Source: Eledone cirrhosa (lineage: Eukaryota). Taken from it: a stretch of 64,000 nucleotides of DNA. The notes beneath the pieces were generated by a model. That model ran no database searches. It was not told the origin of the DNA and saw only the letters and a program-made list of their open reading frames with translations. Within the stretch, counting starts at the first letter, position 1, and every line of letters starts with the position of its first letter. Made by a program: the position numbers and the translations under genes. This document shows positions 59,261 through 64,000 of the stretch, piece after piece. The stretch is from assembly GCA_964016885.1 (NCBI GenBank), contig OZ024741.1:214706001-214770000 (forward strand), read 5' to 3'.

Positions 59261-59901
59261 GTATGGTGAACTAACTGTTGTGTAACCACTTCTATATATA
59301 TACATTTATATATATATATGCATTTATATATATATATATGTATCCCAAATCAGATATTATTTGCATCTATATATGTATACATGCATAAACCTCGTTATGC
59401 ATATGTACGTATGGACAAGAGGGCAGTTGAGTGCTTCCTTTTAGTGCGAATTCCTTTGTTTGAATTCAGCCACTACAGCACGTTTTAATCTACGATGAAT
59501 TCTTCCTCTTTTCATTAGAGGCAGAGTGTGGGAATGCCGTGAACTTCTAGATAGTTTATCCAGTAATAATGGCTAACAAACACTGCACGGACCTATCTTA
59601 TGACATGGGCAACTCTGCTGAAGACGTGTTTAATATCCCCAGATATCGCGTGATTTTCTGAACATTGTGGATGTAATATCTGCAATTGTGAAGTTATATT
59701 AGACAGAAACGATATCATCCAGGAGATGAGATATTTACTTGTATCTCTACCAAAAACACAGCCACCGTATCTGCTATTAACTGAATGTGTTCACTCTAAA
59801 CAGCTGATTGCAGCTGCATTACTGCAATTCGGCAGATTCATTGAGTGTTGCTACTCGGAGAACGTTGTAGTTGAATTAATGCCAGCGATTTTTGTTACTT
59901 T

Positions 59902-59997
<96 letters not shown>

Positions 59998-60000
<3 letters not shown>

Positions 60001-62313
60001 ATTGAAAAACCGTTATTTTAAACGCTATGGAAAGTTTAGATATATTAGTAGGAGAGAAAGAAAGAAAAAATAAAAGGAAAAAGAAACAGAAGACCACTTA
60101 TATACGTTAATTTGGAGGAAAATGTTTTTTTTTAATATTTACCTATATCATGTATATATTTATATAGAGAATTATGTTTGTAAGTATTTATCTTATTACA
60201 ATATTGTAGTGGGTTAAATATATAAATATCAATATATATTTTAATAAAGAGATAATTTGCAATTATTAGTTGTTTATAATATGATTTACGAGTGAAGTTG
60301 ATTTTGTGTTTTATGTCTATAAATAAATAAATAGATAGTTCAAGTTTTAGGTGGTTGCTTATAATATGAGTTACGATGGAGGTTGATTTTGTATTTTATT
60401 TAAATAAATAAATAGGTAGTTAAAATTATGGATTTATATATTTGAATATCTTGTTCGGCTTTGAGAATGTTTTAATTTAACGGAGTTACGTATATAATAA
60501 TGTAATAAGTTTATATGATTGAGAAAGGAAAGATAACTCCAATTTTGTTTGTTAATCGATACATTTTAAGAGTTAGTGTGAGATTAATTAATTATTTAGT
60601 CGAAAGAAGTGCGAATGTTTAAAAATCGTCTTGAATAGGATACATTTTTCTCATGTCAGTTAATGGTTATTAATCTACGTTTAAAAATAGCTTTAGAGGG
60701 TATCATTGGAAAAATATAATGTAAGAATTAAAGAATTAAAAAATTAAAATTAAAATTAACATTATATATAGATATACATAAATATATATAAATATCTATA
60801 CACATACATATATATAAATATATATATATATATTAAAAGAAACTTTTGCTGAAACGTTAAAGTACTACAAATATTAGCCGTATTACCATTTAGAAATATT
60901 AATATATTAAAATATTAACAATTTAAATTGTTAAAGATAGGATCATTTTATTAATCTCAGGACAGAATTTATTTTCTTCTTGCAATCATCGACAAAATTC
61001 TACATTCAGAACTATGTGTAATTTATAATATTCCTATAAATCTTCAAAATGATCCTATTTTCTGTAACAATTTAAATTTTTAATATTTTAATATATTAAT
61101 ATTTCTAAATGTTAATATGTCTAATATTTGTAGTACTTTCACCTTTCAGCAATCATTTATTTTAATATATATAGTGTGTATAGATATTTATATATATTTA
61201 TGTATATCTATATATAATGTTAATTTTAATTTTAACTTTTTAATTCTTTAATTCTTACATTATATTTTTCCAATGATACCCTCTAAAGCTATTTTTAAAT
61301 GTAGATTAATAACCATTAACTGACATGAGAAAAATGTATCCTATTCAAGACGATTTTTAAACATGCACACTTCTTTCGACGAAATAATTAATTAATCTCA
61401 CACTAACTCTTAAAATTTATCGATTAACAAACAAAATTGGAGTTATCTTTCCTTTCTCAATCATATAAACTTATTACATTATTATATACGTAACTCCGTT
61501 AAATTAAATTAAAACATTCTCAAAGCCGAACAAGATATTCAGATATATAAATTCATAATTTTAACTACCTATTTATTTATTTACATAAAATACAAAGTCA
61601 ACCTCCATCGTAACTCATATTATAAACAACCACCTAAAACTTGAACTACCTATTTATTTATTTATAGACATAAAACACAATATCAACTTCCCTCGTAACT
61701 AATATTATAAACAACTAATAATTGCAAATTATCTCTTTATTAAAATATATATATAGATATTTATATATTTAACCCACTACAATAGTGTAATAAGATAAAT
61801 ACTTACAAACATAATTCTCCATATAAATATAAAAATAATATAGATAAATATTTAAAAAAAAAATTTTTTCCTCCAAATTAACGTATATAAGTGGTCTTCT
61901 GTTTCTTTTTCCTTTTTCTTTTTCTTTCTTTCTCTCCTACTAATATATCTAAACTTTCCATAGCGTTTAAAATAACGGTTTTTCAATCATATAGCTCAAC
62001 CTCATTTACATATTCATTTGCATACTAATCCTAACAATTTTGAAATATCCGTTCTTTAAATTCACTATCCAAGGAAAATTCAACTGATAAGGTATGTTTC
62101 CTTGGCTATGTCAAAATTTATAAAACACACTTTGTATTTTATCTGATGAAAGAGTACCAAAGTTTTTGGTACTCTTGAAATATATATAATAGAATAAATA
62201 TGGTTTTATAAATATAGTTTCCATTTATTTAATATCATTGAATATTTACTCCAGAAACTGTCGAGTGCTCTGATCAGTTATAAACATTTATATTTGTTGA
62301 ATTTCCAACAAAT
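59998..62313. mobile_element. Large foldback element with about 950-bp inverted arms (family Q)
   Basis: 59999-60945 inverted at about 61030-61989; right arm continues 320 nt through a hammerhead to (TA)n. Confidence 0.85.
62135..62196 (+). ncRNA. Type I hammerhead motif
   Basis: tattttat CTGATGA aagagtaccaaa gtt tttggtactctt GAAAT atat ATA atagaata. Confidence 0.9.
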
Positions 62314-62446
<133 letters not shown>

Positions 62447-62779
62447 ATATATATATATATAAACATATATATATATATATATATATATTAGAATTGGTGC
62501 TCTGAAATAGCTATATATATATGAATGTATATACAGTGTATTTTGCAATACACTGTATGCTTAATTAAAAGCATTTCGAAGACCTTATGCTATTGTTTTA
62601 GAGTAGTGATAGTCTCACTTACTTTAATTTTCAGCAAACAGAGGATATAAAGCCGACAGAGCCCTGTTTCGCATTTGTTGATGCTTATCAAGGCTAACTA
62701 CTCATCGTGTTTGCTGAAAATCATGGATGTTTGATTCTTATAGAATTCTTGAAATGAGGCAAAATAGGTAGATTTTACA

Positions 62780-63215
62780 TAATTGTTTCTACGTTAGGCA
62801 CAAGGCCAGCAATTACCCAGTGTATTACTGGTACTTCATTTTTATCGACCCCGTAAGGATGAAAGGCAAAGTTAACCTCGGGAAAGCTATACCCATTTTC
62901 ACAAGACTGGCAGAGTTGACAGGTCTGCAACATTTAAATTCACTTTCAGTGGTCAACCCTCATTTCAGTCTGTCTATATTGTGTTTACAACGCAAACATA
63001 CTTCAGATTAAGACGCGCTACCACATCATTATCAGCATGCTGTGCAGAATAATAGAGTTACGGCACTTTACGTTCTGAGTTCAAATCCCGCGGAGGTTAG
63101 CTTTGCCTTTCAACCTTACGAGGTCGATAACATAAATCACCAGTATTGCACTGGAGTCGATTTAATCGTCCCCCCCCCCTCTTAAAATTGTTGGCCTTGT
63201 GCCTAAATTCGAATT
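62780..63215. mobile_element. Two SINE family 1 copies (62780-62882 minus; about 63030-63215 plus)
   Basis: Central domain and 3' GGCCTTGTGCC end. Confidence 0.82.
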
Positions 63216-63226
63216 ACTTGCCCTAA

Positions 63227-63502
63227 ATGTGAATGGTGGCCAAAACCTCGGGAGTTGCTCAGACATATTAAGCTGCACGTATAAGACAAATAATTGTTTC
63301 TACTTTTGTCACAAGGCCAGCAATTACCCAGTGCATTACTGGTATTTTATTTTATCGACATCCTTACGGGTCGATAAAATAAAGTACCAGTAATGCACTG
63401 GGTAATTGCTGGCCTTGTGACAAAAGTAGAAACAATTATTTGTCTTATACGTGCAGCTTAATATGTCTGAGCAACTCCCGAGGTTTTGGCCACCATTTAC
63501 AT
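63227..63502. repeat. Near-perfect 133-bp hairpin made of a SINE 3' half plus flank
   Basis: 63227-63359 is the reverse complement of 63370-63502. Confidence 0.92.
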
Positions 63503-64000
63503 GTCTGTCTTGTATTTAAAAACATACTATTTGAAATAAAATGGTTTAACAATAGAGACGTACAATGTATGTTATTTACATTCATTTGGCTTGATTAAAT
63601 TTCTAGACACATCGCAGGGTGTTAAATAATGTTTTTATTATTGTTTTTCTTAAAGTCACCTTTAAAAATGTCTTTTTGCCTTCTGTTATGTTCTAACGTA
63701 TTTTTTCATAATTTTATTTTTAAATGTAAATGAAACTAATTTAAGCACGTAAAATCCTTTATCGTGTCGCTCTCTATAGCTACAGGGTTCCATTTTATTC
63801 TTTTCATAGACTAACAAAAAGAAAGCAGTCCTCGTCGTTTGATATATAATCCACTTGTCATTTGTTAGAAATTTTCAATTTACTTGAAAAAAGAAAAGAA
63901 AAATCAATACAATATCCTAAGTCGCCAATACTTTAGATTTTGCTGAAGACGAGGAATTAGATTTTGCCGTAGATTGTTCGATAATACTAATTCAGACATT

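Overview
AT-rich, microsatellite-saturated animal genomic DNA. The SINE and mariner types suggest a cephalopod such as Octopus (inference). I can support no host protein-coding gene; most ORFs in the track are translations of (TA)n/(CA)n. Recognisable content: two large degenerate Penelope-like elements (PLE; RT, one with C-terminal GIY-YIG) and smaller PLE 3' remnants, a CR1-group LINE, Tx1/L1 and RTE remnants, a cluster of R4/Dong-type (RT + restriction-like endonuclease) elements inserted in (CATA)n arrays, mariner remnants, two non-autonomous Helitrons, tRNA-derived SINEs and minisatellites. The main observation is that most unique-looking islands between (TA)n tracts are short PLE-terminus-like elements. 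Read by eye they carry roughly 35 intact, variant or broken type I hammerhead motifs from about 15 sequence families. Many share one architecture: two arms in inverted orientation with both 3' ends facing outward into (TA)n, one arm stopping at an internal TAT/TATA motif and the other running on to a longer end. All folds and alignments were done by eye, so coordinates may be off by a few bases.
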